Part shown: positions 36,220 through 46,445 of the stretch, in pieces | Layout of the letters: every line of letters begins with the position of its first letter | Position numbering within the stretch: position 1 is the first letter of the stretch | Source: Alphaproteobacteria bacterium | GTDB taxonomy: Bacteria; Pseudomonadota; Alphaproteobacteria; UBA828 | Direction of reading: 5' to 3' | Assembly: GCA_965237415.1 (NCBI GenBank) | Contig: CBDEFM010000002.1 | Span: forward strand, 1,056,001-1,120,000 | DNA length: 64,000 nt | Notes under the pieces: generated by a model | Told to the model about the DNA's origin: nothing | Database searches by the model: none | Seen by the model: only the letters and a program-made list of their open reading frames with translations | Made by a program: the position numbers and the translations under genes

Positions 36220-37899
36220 ATGAACTCGAAGGCCGGGAGCTTCGACGACGCGTTCGACTATGTGATCGTGGGGTCGGGGTCTGCCGGTTCGGTCCTGGCG
36301 GCGCGGCTCTCGGAAGATCCGAAAAATCGCGTGCTGGTTCTGGAACATGGCGGCACCGACGCGGGCCCCCTCATCCAGATGCCGGCCGCCCTCTCCTACC
36401 CCATGAACATGCCCCGCTACGACTGGGGGTTCGTGACGGAACCCGAACCCCACCTCGGCGGGCGCCGCCTCGCGACGCCGCGCGGCAAGGTGGTCGGCGG
36501 CTCGTCCTCCATCAACGGCATGGTCTATGTGCGCGGCCACTCCTGCGACTTCGACACCTGGGAGGAACTGGGCGCGGCGGGCTGGGGCTATCGGCACGTG
36601 CTGCCCTATTACCGGCGCATGGAGCACGCCCACGGCGGCCAGGCCGGGTGGCGCGGCTCAGACGGCCCGCTCCACGTGACCCGCGGGCGCATGGAAAACC
36701 CGCTCTACAAGCGCTTCATCGAAGCCGGCGAAGAGGCCGGCTACGCGGCGACCGAGGACTACAACGGCGAGCGCCAGGAAGGTTTTGGCGCGATGGAGAT
36801 GACCGTCTGGCGCGGGCGCCGCTGGTCAGCCGCCAACGCCTATCTCAAGCCCGCGCTGCAACGGCGAAATCTCAAGCTGAAAGCCCACGCCCACGTTCGC
36901 CGCGTCATCATCGAGCGCGGGCGGGCGACCGGTGTCGAGTACGAGACCGGCGGCGCGGCCCGCCGCGTTCGCGCCAAGCGCGAAGTCATTCTCGCCGCCT
37001 CGTCAATCAATTCGCCGAAGCTCCTCATGCTCTCCGGCATCGGCCCGGGGGAGCACCTGCGAGAGCACGATATCGAGGTCGTCGCCGACCGGCCTGGCGT
37101 GGGCGCCAACCTGCAGGACCATCTCGAAATCTACCTCCAGCTGAAGTGCCGCCAGCCGATCACGCTCTATCGCCACTGGAACCTCTTCTCCAAGGCGCTG
37201 ATCGGCCTGCGCTGGCTCTTGTTCAGGGACGGCCTCGGCGCCACCAATCATTTCGAGTCCTGCGGCTTCATCCGCTCCCGCGCCGGCGTGCAGTACCCGG
37301 ACATCCAGTACCACTTCCTGCCGTTCGCGGTGCGCTACGACGGAAAGGCCGCCGCCGAAGGCCACGGCTTTCAGACCCATGTCGGGCCGATGCGCTCGAA
37401 GTCGCGGGGTTGGGTGCGGCTCGCTTCGCCCGAGCCAAGTGCCGCGCCCTCGATCCTTTTCAACTACATGTCCCACGAAGACGACTGGCGGAACTTTCGC
37501 ACCTGCATCCGGCTCACGCGGGAGATTTTGTCCCAGCCGGTGCTCGCAGACTACGCAGGCGACGAAATCGCGCCAGGCGCGGACATCCAGAGCGACGAGG
37601 CGCTCGACGACTTCGTGAAGGATGCGGTGGAGAGCGCCTACCATCCCTGTGGCACCTGCCGTATGGGTGCGGCAGACGATGGGCTCGCGGTGGTCGATCC
37701 GGCCTGCCGCGTCATCGGGGTGGATGGACTGCGCGTGGCCGACAGCTCGATCTTCCCGCGCATCACCAACGGCAACCTCAACGGGCCCAGCATCATGGTG
37801 GGTGAGAAGGCCGCCGACCACATCCTCGGCCGCGACCCGCTCCCGCCGGCCAACGACGTGCCCTGGATTCACCCTGACTGGAAAAAGCGGCAGCGCTAA
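36220..37899 (+). CDS. betA: Choline dehydrogenase
   Basis: [35 protein letters not shown]. Confidence 0.95.
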   Translation: MNSKAGSFDDAFDYVIVGSGSAGSVLAARLSEDPKNRVLVLEHGGTDAGPLIQMPAALSYPMNMPRYDWGFVTEPEPHLGGRRLATPRGKVVGGSSSINGMVYVRGHSCDFDTWEELGAAGWGYRHVLPYYRRMEHAHGGQAGWRGSDGPLHVTRGRMENPLYKRFIEAGEEAGYAATEDYNGERQEGFGAMEMTVWRGRRWSAANAYLKPALQRRNLKLKAHAHVRRVIIERGRATGVEYETGGAARRVRAKREVILAASSINSPKLLMLSGIGPGEHLREHDIEVVADRPGVGANLQDHLEIYLQLKCRQPITLYRHWNLFSKALIGLRWLLFRDGLGATNHFESCGFIRSRAGVQYPDIQYHFLPFAVRYDGKAAAEGHGFQTHVGPMRSKSRGWVRLASPEPSAAPSILFNYMSHEDDWRNFRTCIRLTREILSQPVLADYAGDEIAPGADIQSDEALDDFVKDAVESAYHPCGTCRMGAADDGLAVVDPACRVIGVDGLRVADSSIFPRITNGNLNGPSIMVGEKAADHILGRDPLPPANDVPWIHPDWKKRQR

Positions 37900-37977
37900 G
37901 CTTCCCACCGGTCTTGCCCGCCCCTCTACCCGGTGAGACAGTAATCCGTACTGTCGAATTGGCGTGAGGAGGGAGCG

Positions 37978-39087
37978 ATGGAGGTCCGTGCGGCGCTGGC
38001 GACCGGCGCAGGCAAGCCGCTCAGCATCGAGACCGTAAATCTCGACGGCCCGCGGGCCGGCGAGGTGCTGATCGAGATCAAAGCCACCGGCGTCTGCCAC
38101 ACCGATGCCTTCACCCTCTCAGGCGAGGATCCCGAGGGGCTGTTCCCCGCCATCCTCGGGCACGAGGGCGCCGGCATTGTGGCGGAGGTCGGCGACGGCG
38201 TGACGAGCGTCGCGCCGGGCGATCACGTGATCCCGCTCTACGTGCCGGAATGCCGCCAGTGCGAGTACTGCCTGAGCGGCAAGACCAACCTCTGCCAGTC
38301 GATCCGCGTGACCCAGGGCGCCGGCGTGATGCCGGACGGCTCCAGCCGCTTCTCCCTCGGCGGCGACAAGATCTTCCACTACATGGGCACGTCGACCTTT
38401 GCGAACTACACGGTCGTCTCCGAATACTCGGTCGCCAAGGTTCGGGAAGACGCCCCCTTCGACACGATCTGCTACATCGGCTGCGGCGTGACCACAGGCG
38501 TCGGCGCTGTGATCAACACGGCGAAGGTGCGCCCCGGCGACAATGTCGTGGTGTTCGGCCTGGGCGGCATCGGGCTCAACGTCGTCCAGGGCGCCCGCCT
38601 GGTTGGCGCCAACATGATCGTCGGCGTCGACATCAACCCGAAGCGCCAGGCGCTGGGCGAGCGCTTCGGCATGACCCACTTCGTCAATCCCAAGGAGGTC
38701 GAGGGCGATCTCGTGCCCTATCTGGTGGATCTCACCGGCGGCGGTGCAGACCACAGCTTCGAGTGCATCGGCAATGTCGAGACCATGCGCCAGGCGCTCG
38801 AATGCTGTCACAAGGGCTGGGGCGAAAGCACGATCATCGGCGTCGCCGGCGCCGGCCAGGAGATTTCCACCCGCCCCTTCCAGCTCGTGACCGGCCGGGT
38901 CTGGCGCGGCACCGCGTTCGGCGGCGCCAAGGGCCGCACCGACGTGCCCCGCATCGTCGATTGGTACATGGACGGCAAACTCGAAATCGACCCGATGATC
39001 ACCCACACGATGCCGCTGGACGCAATCAACGACGCCTTCGACCTCATGCACCGGGGCGAATCGATCCGTAGCGTGGTCACGTTCTAA
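37978..39087 (+). CDS. frmA: S-(hydroxymethyl)glutathione dehydrogenase / class III ADH
   Basis: [33 protein letters not shown]. Confidence 0.95.
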   Translation: MEVRAALATGAGKPLSIETVNLDGPRAGEVLIEIKATGVCHTDAFTLSGEDPEGLFPAILGHEGAGIVAEVGDGVTSVAPGDHVIPLYVPECRQCEYCLSGKTNLCQSIRVTQGAGVMPDGSSRFSLGGDKIFHYMGTSTFANYTVVSEYSVAKVREDAPFDTICYIGCGVTTGVGAVINTAKVRPGDNVVVFGLGGIGLNVVQGARLVGANMIVGVDINPKRQALGERFGMTHFVNPKEVEGDLVPYLVDLTGGGADHSFECIGNVETMRQALECCHKGWGESTIIGVAGAGQEISTRPFQLVTGRVWRGTAFGGAKGRTDVPRIVDWYMDGKLEIDPMITHTMPLDAINDAFDLMHRGESIRSVVTF

Positions 39088-40937
39088 TGACCGACGGCAG
39101 CCGCGCCGGCCGGCGTCTCTGCTGCCGGGCGCGGGGCTTTCGCCTGTTCGCAGCGGCCGCATTCGCGGCGCTGACGCTTTACGGCGCCGAGGCCATGGCG
39201 GCGCCCGCCCATGGTATCGCCATGCACGGGTCGCCGAAATACGGGCGTGACTTCCAGCATCTCGACTACGTCAACCCGGACGCGCCCAAGGGCGGTGAGC
39301 TCCGACGCGCGGCGACAGGCACCTTCGACAATCTCAACCCGTTCATCATCAAGGGCGTGGTGGCGCATGGGCGGCACCTGGTCTTCGAAAGCCTGCTGAA
39401 GCGTACCTGGGACGAGCCGTTCTCCCTTTACGGGCTGATCGCCGAGTCGATCGAGGTGCCGGACGACCGCTCGTGGGTCGCCTTCGCGTTACGGCCGGAG
39501 GCCCGCTTCCACGACGGCAGCCCGATCACCGTGGACGACGTGATCTTCTCGTGGGAGACGCTGAGGGAGCAGGGCCGGCCCAACCACCGGCTCTACTACA
39601 ACAAGGTTCGCGAGATCGAACGGCCCGATGCGCGCACGGTGCGCTTCCTCTTCGAGACCGAGACGCCGGATCGCGAGCTGCCGCTGATCCTCGGGCTGAT
39701 GCCGATCGTCTCGAAGGACTACTACTCCTCGGTGACCTTCGAGGAGACGACGCTCACGCCGCCGCTCGGCAGCGGCCCCTACCGGATCGAGAGCGTCGAC
39801 GCGGGCCGCGGCATCGTCTACCGCCGCGATCCCGACTACTGGGGGCGGCACCTGCCGATCAACCGCGGGCAAAACAATTTCGACCGCATCGGCTACGACT
39901 ACTATCGCGACGACGAAGTGATGATGGAGGCCTTCCGGGCGGGCGAATACGACTTGCGCCAGGAGCTCTCGGCGACACGGTGGGCGACCGGCTATGACTT
40001 CCCCGCCGTCGAGGATGGCCGCGTCACGATCGAGTTGCTGCCGCACGGGCGGCCCTCCGGCATGTTCGCGATGATCTTCAACACGCGGCAGCCGATGTTC
40101 GCCGATCGCGCGGTCCGCTACGCGCTCTCGCTCGCCTTCGACTTCGAGTGGATCAACAAGGCGCTGCTGCAAGGCGCCTATGTGCGGACGAACAGCATCT
40201 TCGACAACTCGGAGCTCGGCGCGCGCGGCCTGCCTGAGGGCGGCGAGCTGGCTCTGCTCGAGCCCCACCGCGACCGCCTCCCGCCCGAGCTGTTCGATAC
40301 CGTCTACCGCGCGCCTGTCGTCGAGGGTGGCCTGCGCAAGAACCTCGCCCAGGCAAGGCGCCTATTGGCCGAGGCCGGTTGGAGTATCAAGGACGGGTCC
40401 CTCCGGCGGACGTCGGACGGCCTGCCCATTGCCTTCGAAATCCTGCTGGTGAACCCGGGCAACGAGAAGATCGCGCTCAACTTCACGCGCAATCTCAAGC
40501 GCCTCGGCGTCGAGGCGAAGGTCCGCACCGTGGATACCGCGCAGTACCAGTACCGACGCAACGTCTACGACTTCGACATGATCATGTATCGCTGGGGCAT
40601 GTCGCTCTCGCCGGGGAACGAGCAGGCGTTCTACTGGGGCAGCGAGGCCGCGGAACAAGAGGGCACCCGCAACTATCCGGGGATCGAGGACCCGGTCGTC
40701 GATGCGCTCATCGCGCAGATGACCGAAGCGCGGGAGCGCGAGGCCTTCGTCGACACCGTCCGCGCCATGGATCGGGTGCTGATGTGGGGGCACTACCTCA
40801 TCCCCCTCTATCACCTGAACGACGACCGCTTCGCTTACTGGAACAAGTTCGGGCGGCCCGCGTTCACGCCGGTGTATGGCGCCATTCTGGATGCGTGGTG
40901 GGAGGAACCGGGCAAGGCCGAAACGCTCGACCAGTGA
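39087..40937 (+). CDS. Family 5 ABC substrate-binding protein, YejA-like
   Basis: HGIAMHG.PKY...F.H.DYVNPDAPKGG, SPGNEQ..YW.S, NYPGI. Confidence 0.88.
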   Translation: MTDGSRAGRRLCCRARGFRLFAAAAFAALTLYGAEAMAAPAHGIAMHGSPKYGRDFQHLDYVNPDAPKGGELRRAATGTFDNLNPFIIKGVVAHGRHLVFESLLKRTWDEPFSLYGLIAESIEVPDDRSWVAFALRPEARFHDGSPITVDDVIFSWETLREQGRPNHRLYYNKVREIERPDARTVRFLFETETPDRELPLILGLMPIVSKDYYSSVTFEETTLTPPLGSGPYRIESVDAGRGIVYRRDPDYWGRHLPINRGQNNFDRIGYDYYRDDEVMMEAFRAGEYDLRQELSATRWATGYDFPAVEDGRVTIELLPHGRPSGMFAMIFNTRQPMFADRAVRYALSLAFDFEWINKALLQGAYVRTNSIFDNSELGARGLPEGGELALLEPHRDRLPPELFDTVYRAPVVEGGLRKNLAQARRLLAEAGWSIKDGSLRRTSDGLPIAFEILLVNPGNEKIALNFTRNLKRLGVEAKVRTVDTAQYQYRRNVYDFDMIMYRWGMSLSPGNEQAFYWGSEAAEQEGTRNYPGIEDPVVDALIAQMTEAREREAFVDTVRAMDRVLMWGHYLIPLYHLNDDRFAYWNKFGRPAFTPVYGAILDAWWEEPGKAETLDQ

Positions 40938-41118
40938 CGCGCGGAGTCCCTCCTCCGCTCCGCCCCAGCATCGTGTCTTTAGGATCGTTCGGCGCGCGGT
41001 TGATACACCGGGCCGCCAGCCCTACCTTGAGACGCCGGGAACCAGGTTTTCGGCCGGCGCGGTGGCGCGCATAGCCCGCCGCAATGCAATCGACACAGGA
41101 ACGAGAGGGGGGTCGCCG

Positions 41119-42306
41119 ATGTTGAAACGAATGGTGGGCGCCGTCATGGCCGGCGCGCTTGTCGCCGGCGGGGCTAGCGCGGCGCAGGCGGACGACCACG
41201 AGATCGTGGTCGGCTTCGCCGTCTCGACCAGCGGGTGGCAGGCGGCCTACACCGGCCCTGCGACGCTCGCGGCGCAGATCAGGCTCGAAGAGATCAACGC
41301 TGCCGGCGGCCTGCTTGGCAAACAGCTCGTGATCGCTCAGGCGGACTCGAAGTCCGAACGTGAAGAAGGCGTCAAGGCGGGCCAGATCGTCGTCGACGAC
41401 GGCGCGAACGTGGTCTTCGTCGACTGCGACTTCGACATGGGCGCGCCGGCCGCCAACGTGGCGCAGAATGCTGGCCTCATCTCGCTCTTCCTCTGCGCCG
41501 GCGACGCCAAGGCGGGTATCGAGGGTATCGGCCCCTTCGCCTTCACCGGCGGCCAGGCGGCGCATCTCGACGGTGCCTCCATCGCCACCTTCGCCTACGA
41601 GGATCGCGGTGCACGCACGGCCTATCTGCTGCGCGACGACACCATCGAGTACAACAAGTCGGTCTGTGCCGGCTTCGAGTGGGCCTGGCCGCACATGGAA
41701 GGCACCACGATGCTGGGCCTCGACGTGTTCCAGAACAACGACCCGTCGATCCAGGGCCAGATCGATCGCATCAAGGCGCTGGACACCGTGCCGGACGTGA
41801 TCGCGGTCTGCTCCTACGTGCCGGGCGCCGCTTCGGCCATCAAGCAGCTGCGGGCGTCCGGCGTCGAGACGCTGATCGTCTCGGGCGTCGCGATGGACGG
41901 CCACTACTGGCTCGACGCCGTGCCGAACCTCAGCAACTTCTGCGCGGCCGCGTTCAGCTCCTTGTACGGTGGTGCCGGCGAGGACGTGGAGGCGTTCTTC
42001 AAGAAGCTGGAGGCCAAGGAAGGCGAGCCGACCGCTACCTCGCTCCCCATCGCGGGCTACGTGCTGATGGATCTGTGGGCGAAGGCCGTCGAGAGTGCGG
42101 GTACGGTGGATTCGGCAGCGGTCACGGCCGAGATGGAGAAGTTCACGGACGAGCCCACGCTGATGGGCCCGCGCAGCTTCTCCGACCGGCTCCACATCCA
42201 GGACAAGGCCCGCTACGCCATCGTCTGCACCGATGAGGGCAAGACCCGGATGGAAACCTACGTGATCGCAGGTCCGATTCCGAAGGACGTCATTCTCAAG
42301 AACTAG
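41119..42306 (+). CDS. LivJ/LivK-like periplasmic binding protein, stand-alone
   Basis: Signal peptide; EEINAAGGLLG...D; GAGGGG RBS. Confidence 0.85.
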   Translation: MLKRMVGAVMAGALVAGGASAAQADDHEIVVGFAVSTSGWQAAYTGPATLAAQIRLEEINAAGGLLGKQLVIAQADSKSEREEGVKAGQIVVDDGANVVFVDCDFDMGAPAANVAQNAGLISLFLCAGDAKAGIEGIGPFAFTGGQAAHLDGASIATFAYEDRGARTAYLLRDDTIEYNKSVCAGFEWAWPHMEGTTMLGLDVFQNNDPSIQGQIDRIKALDTVPDVIAVCSYVPGAASAIKQLRASGVETLIVSGVAMDGHYWLDAVPNLSNFCAAAFSSLYGGAGEDVEAFFKKLEAKEGEPTATSLPIAGYVLMDLWAKAVESAGTVDSAAVTAEMEKFTDEPTLMGPRSFSDRLHIQDKARYAIVCTDEGKTRMETYVIAGPIPKDVILKN

Positions 42307-42314
42307 CACCCGTT

Positions 42315-42342
42315 GGGGCCGGCGGGCGCACCTGCCGGCCCC
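42315..42342 (+). terminator. GC-rich hairpin after binding-protein gene
   Basis: ggggccggc...gccggcccc stem; no clear U-tract. Confidence 0.45.
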
Positions 42343-42418
42343 CGATCCTCCAGGAGCATCCTCGGCAACGCGCCCGGAGGTGCCCCGGTGATGGCGCGCA
42401 GAGAAGAAGGGGAACGAT

Positions 42419-42892
42419 ATGGCGGTGAGCGACCTCGAACGCCGCGTGGACACGCTCGAATCGATCGAGGCGATCAAGCGGCTCAAGCACGAGTACTGTG
42501 CCTATTGCGACGCCGGCTACAACCCGGACGGCATCGCCTCGCAGTTCGTCGAGGATGGGGTCTGGGATGGCGGCGAGGACTTCGGCCGGTACGAAGGGCG
42601 CGAGGCGATCCATGCCTTCTTCGCCGGCGTCTCGTCGCAGATCGTCTTCGCCGGCCACCTCGTGATGAACGAGCGCATCGACGTGGACGTGGATAACGAC
42701 ACCGCGCGCGGGCAGTGGTGGATCATCATGCCGGCCACCATGATGATGGAGGGCGTGAAGACGGCGATCTGGCTGCTCGGCGAGTATGACGACCGCTACG
42801 TCCGGCGCGACGGCACCTGGATGTTCCAGACGCTGAACGCGACCATCCACTTCGTGAAGCCGCACAAGGACGGCTGGGTGGAGGCAGAATGA
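42419..42892 (+). CDS. SnoaL-like/NTF2-fold protein (LinA/BaiE-like), paralog 1
   Basis: LE.IEAI.RL...Y...D, VWD, H...N, A.G.W, G.Y.D.Y.R.DG.W. Confidence 0.88.
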   Translation: MAVSDLERRVDTLESIEAIKRLKHEYCAYCDAGYNPDGIASQFVEDGVWDGGEDFGRYEGREAIHAFFAGVSSQIVFAGHLVMNERIDVDVDNDTARGQWWIIMPATMMMEGVKTAIWLLGEYDDRYVRRDGTWMFQTLNATIHFVKPHKDGWVEAE

Positions 42893-43353
42893 CCGGGACT
42901 TTGCAGGAGCGGATCCAGCGGCTCGAAGACATCGAGGCGATCCGCCGCCTCAAACACCGCTACATGGCCTATGCCGACGCAGGCTACGACGCAGACAGCA
43001 TCGTGACGCTGATGACGCCCGATGCGGTCTGGGACGGCGGCGAGGCCTTCGGCCGTCAGGAGGGCGCCGAGGCCTTCGGCAACATGGTGCGCGAGGTCGG
43101 CAAGCAGATCAGCTTCGCCGCCCATCTCGCCCTCAACGAGATCATCGATGTGGACGGCGATACCGCGCGCGGCCAGTGGTGGCTGCTGATGCCGTGCACG
43201 GTGCAGAACGACGAAGGCAAGGACGAGGCGCGCTGGATCTTCGCGACCTACGACGACAGGCTCGTGAAGCGGGACGGCCAATGGCTCTTCGCCCACACGG
43301 TGTTCGACGTGAAGGTCTTCACCGCGCACAAGGACGGCTGGGCGGAGGCTTAG
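42889..43353 (+). CDS. SnoaL-like/NTF2-fold protein, paralog 2
   Basis: Same motifs as upstream gene; ATGA overlap. Confidence 0.88.
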   Translation: MTGTLQERIQRLEDIEAIRRLKHRYMAYADAGYDADSIVTLMTPDAVWDGGEAFGRQEGAEAFGNMVREVGKQISFAAHLALNEIIDVDGDTARGQWWLLMPCTVQNDEGKDEARWIFATYDDRLVKRDGQWLFAHTVFDVKVFTAHKDGWAEA

Positions 43354-44597
43354 GATTCGGAGCCAGCCGCTCCGACGTATCCGGCCAAATGTTCCGTCAG
43401 GTCGCGGGCATCGTCCTCGGTCCCGTGGATGAAGCTCGACTTGCGGCGGCGCAGAAAGTTGAGGCCGATCCGGTAGAGGCCGGGCGACCCGGTCACCACG
43501 CCGCCGTCGTGGCGTAGCCGGCCCTTGTGGTCGAAGACCGGGAGATGGACCCAGGAGTGATCGGGCTCGTATCCGGTCGCCCAGATCGCCGTACGTATCC
43601 CTTCCCGTGCGAGGTCGAGGGTCAGCGGCGGCGACTCCTCCACCCGCGTCGGCTCGAAGCGGTGCGGCGGCTCCACCTCATCGTCGAGCCCCTTCTCGGT
43701 GGCCCACTCGTCGATGGTGTCAAGCAGCCGGCCCTGCTTCAAGTCGGCCAGGGTGCACTTGTTGCGGAGCGAGCCCGAGAACTGTGCCTTGCCGTCCGAG
43801 AACCCGGCGAGCGAACCCACGAGCCGCACCCCCAGATCGGTGAGCGCGTTGAGATTCAGCGTGGCCCGCTCAGGCGTCCCGACCAGCTGGGGTGACGGAA
43901 CCCGTCGCGCGCGGACGATATCGTCGACCTCGTCGTAACTCTCGTCGTGCAGCCCTGTGCGGTCCATCCACCACAGGATGTCCTTGCCGCGATAGACGCG
44001 CGGCATGCGGACATGCTCGCCCACCGCGAGCGTCACCGGCCGGCCGGAGCGGTGAACCTCGTCCGCGATCTGAACGCCCGTCGCGGACGCGCCCACCACC
44101 AGCACGCCGCCATCGGGCAGGGCCGAGGGCCGCGTGTAATCCATCGGCGTCACGGACTCGATGGCGCCCGGAAACGCCGCCGCGATGGGCGGAATCTTCG
44201 GCACGTTGAACCCGCCGGAGGCGATCACCACCGCCTGGCACCGCCAGACGCCCCGATCCGTGACGACCTCGTAGCCGTCTCCGTTGCTCGTCAGGGCTTC
44301 GACCGTGGTGCCGGTCTCGAGCGCGGGATCGACGAGCCGGGCATAGCGTTCGATGAACGCCACCACCTCGGCCATCGTCATGAAGCCGTCGGGATCGTCA
44401 CCGTCGTAGGCAAGGCCGGGCACCCGGGTCTGCCAGTTAGGCGTCAGCAAACGCAGAGAGTCCCAGCGCTCCGTCCGCCACGAGTGGGCCACCTCGCCGC
44501 GCTCGATCACCACATGATCGATCCCGCGCGCGGCGAGGCAATGGCTCACGGCGAGGCCGGCATGCCCGGCCCCGACCACGACGGTCGTCGTTTGCAC
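43350..44597 (-). CDS. Flavin-containing monooxygenase-like NAD(P)/FAD oxidoreductase
   Basis: VVGAGHAG, RWDSL.LLTPNW, VVGASATGVQI, IWATGY. Confidence 0.88.
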   Translation of the reverse strand: MQTTTVVVGAGHAGLAVSHCLAARGIDHVVIERGEVAHSWRTERWDSLRLLTPNWQTRVPGLAYDGDDPDGFMTMAEVVAFIERYARLVDPALETGTTVEALTSNGDGYEVVTDRGVWRCQAVVIASGGFNVPKIPPIAAAFPGAIESVTPMDYTRPSALPDGGVLVVGASATGVQIADEVHRSGRPVTLAVGEHVRMPRVYRGKDILWWMDRTGLHDESYDEVDDIVRARRVPSPQLVGTPERATLNLNALTDLGVRLVGSLAGFSDGKAQFSGSLRNKCTLADLKQGRLLDTIDEWATEKGLDDEVEPPHRFEPTRVEESPPLTLDLAREGIRTAIWATGYEPDHSWVHLPVFDHKGRLRHDGGVVTGSPGLYRIGLNFLRRRKSSFIHGTEDDARDLTEHLAGYVGAAGSES

Positions 44598-44605
44598 GGC
44601 GAGAA

Positions 44606-45169
44606 CTAAGTGATGTCGACGGTCACATTCGTCGGGTTGGTCAAGATATCGAAGACCGCCGAACGCTTCTGCGACTGGGCGATGAGCGCCTTGATCTCGT
44701 CAGGCGTCGCGTCGGCGTCGATATCGTAGGTGACGCGGACGTTGCTGAACCCGTTCCGCACTTCGGGATCGGCGCCCAGTATGCCTGCGATATCCATGTC
44801 GCCTTCGACCGTGGCCTTGACCGAACGCAGCTGGATCTCTCTCACCTGCGCGACGGCGGCAACGCCTGCGGTCAGGCAGCTCGCCAGGCCCACGAGGACG
44901 ATCTCCACCGGCGTGGCGGCGTTGTCCTCGGCCGCGAACACCAGGGGATGATCGGACTCGAACGTGTAGGTCGACTTGTGGTCGTGCTCGCCGCCGAGGC
45001 CGAAATAGCCTTCCACCGACGAGTGGCTGTGCGTGCCGTGGAGCCACTGATTGGTGACGCGCCATTGGAATTGGCCGGCTTCCGGGGTCTCGCCCAGGGC
45101 ATTGCGGGCACCGAGCAGGTGCTCGACGTTGACGCCGTTAAGGCCGGGACTCGTGCTGGTATCGGTCAT
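44606..45169 (-). CDS. OsmC-family protein (single Cys)
   Basis: DHP....ED..TPVE..L..LASCL, GF..VRV.Y.I.D; AAGGAG RBS. Confidence 0.88.
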   Translation of the reverse strand: MTDTSTSPGLNGVNVEHLLGARNALGETPEAGQFQWRVTNQWLHGTHSHSSVEGYFGLGGEHDHKSTYTFESDHPLVFAAEDNAATPVEIVLVGLASCLTAGVAAVAQVREIQLRSVKATVEGDMDIAGILGADPEVRNGFSNVRVTYDIDADATPDEIKALIAQSQKRSAVFDILTNPTNVTVDIT

Positions 45170-45652
45170 GGAACTTCTCCTTTTGGGCATGGGTGTTGGG
45201 CTGTGACGCCGCCATTTTCGAGAGCGGCGCCAGACGCTTGGAGGATCGCGGGGCCCCCATCGGTCTTACCCGTTGGGATCGGCTACGAGCGGTAGCCTAG
45301 GTACAGCTGAAACGGGACGCGGCCCCCGGAGGGGCGAATGGTTGGGCGCACAGAGTCGTCATCTGGCGGTACTCCTCTCGTCTCCTACGCGCTCTACGAG
45401 CGCCGAGAAGCGGAGTTCCGCCTTCGGCTGACTCATCGATCAGGCATTGGCACCGCTCTTGGCGGTTGCCGCGGCTTCGAAGGGCCTGTCCCTCCACCGC
45501 TCTGGATGAGCGCGTCCTGTATCGGAATGGAAACACATTCCTGCCGGCGCGGTCAACGGGTTGTTGCCGCCCACTTATATGCCGATGATGAATGCAACCG
45601 GCCGCCCCGGCAGTGCGACCGGCGGCTCCGGAACGAACGTGCTTCTCTTCGC

Positions 45653-46276
45653 CTAACTCAGCGGAATCATCACGTGGGTGCGGAAGGGCTCGCGCTCCTG
45701 CAGCCGCTCGTACCAAACCGCAATGTTGGGGAGCGCCGGGCGCTCGATGTCGAGCGCGTGGTAGCGATAGCAGGCGGCGCCGACGGCGATGTCGCCCATG
45801 GTGAGATCGTCAGCGGCAACGAAGCGGCGCCCCTCCATGTGCGCATCGAGGATGCGCCACGCTTCGCCCATGGCGCGGGCGCAACGCTCGATCTTCGCCA
45901 TGTCGCGCTCTTCTGCCGGCGTGCGGATGAGCCCGAGAAAGACCGGCGCGAGGTTGGGCAAGAGCGTGGTCTGCATCCAGTCGAGCCAGAGGTCGGCGCG
46001 TGCGCGGGCCGAGGTATCCTCGGGCCAGAGGCTGCCGGCGCCGTAGCGCGCGGCGATGTAGCGGACGATGGCGTTGGATTCCCAGATCGTGGTGCCGTCG
46101 CCATCGACGATCGTCGGAACCCGCCGGTTGGGGTTGAGCGCGCCGTACTCCGCCGTGTCGAGCCCGCCGAAAGGGCCGCCCACGTCCTTCCGCTCGTGCG
46201 CAAGGTCGAGCTCGCCCACGCACCACATCACCTTCTGCACGTTGATCGAGTTCTTTCGGCCCCAAACGACCAGCAT
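45653..46276 (-). CDS. Glutathione S-transferase (GstB-like)
   Basis: WGR.NS.NVQKV.W, NPN..VP, WESNAIVRY; GGAGG RBS. Confidence 0.93.
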   Translation of the reverse strand: MLVVWGRKNSINVQKVMWCVGELDLAHERKDVGGPFGGLDTAEYGALNPNRRVPTIVDGDGTTIWESNAIVRYIAARYGAGSLWPEDTSARARADLWLDWMQTTLLPNLAPVFLGLIRTPAEERDMAKIERCARAMGEAWRILDAHMEGRRFVAADDLTMGDIAVGAACYRYHALDIERPALPNIAVWYERLQEREPFRTHVMIPLS

Positions 46277-46445
46277 GTCATGCGCCTCCCCAGCCCCTTG
46301 CTCCGCAAGGCGGGCAGTATGCCGGATGGCTGCCACGCGGACCACGGGCTCGCGCGCTCGAATCTCGGTTCGACGCGGCGCGCCGGTCGCGATAGGCTTT
46401 CGCTCCACGAGTTCCCGGTGCCGCGTGGAGCCATAGGAGGGCGCG

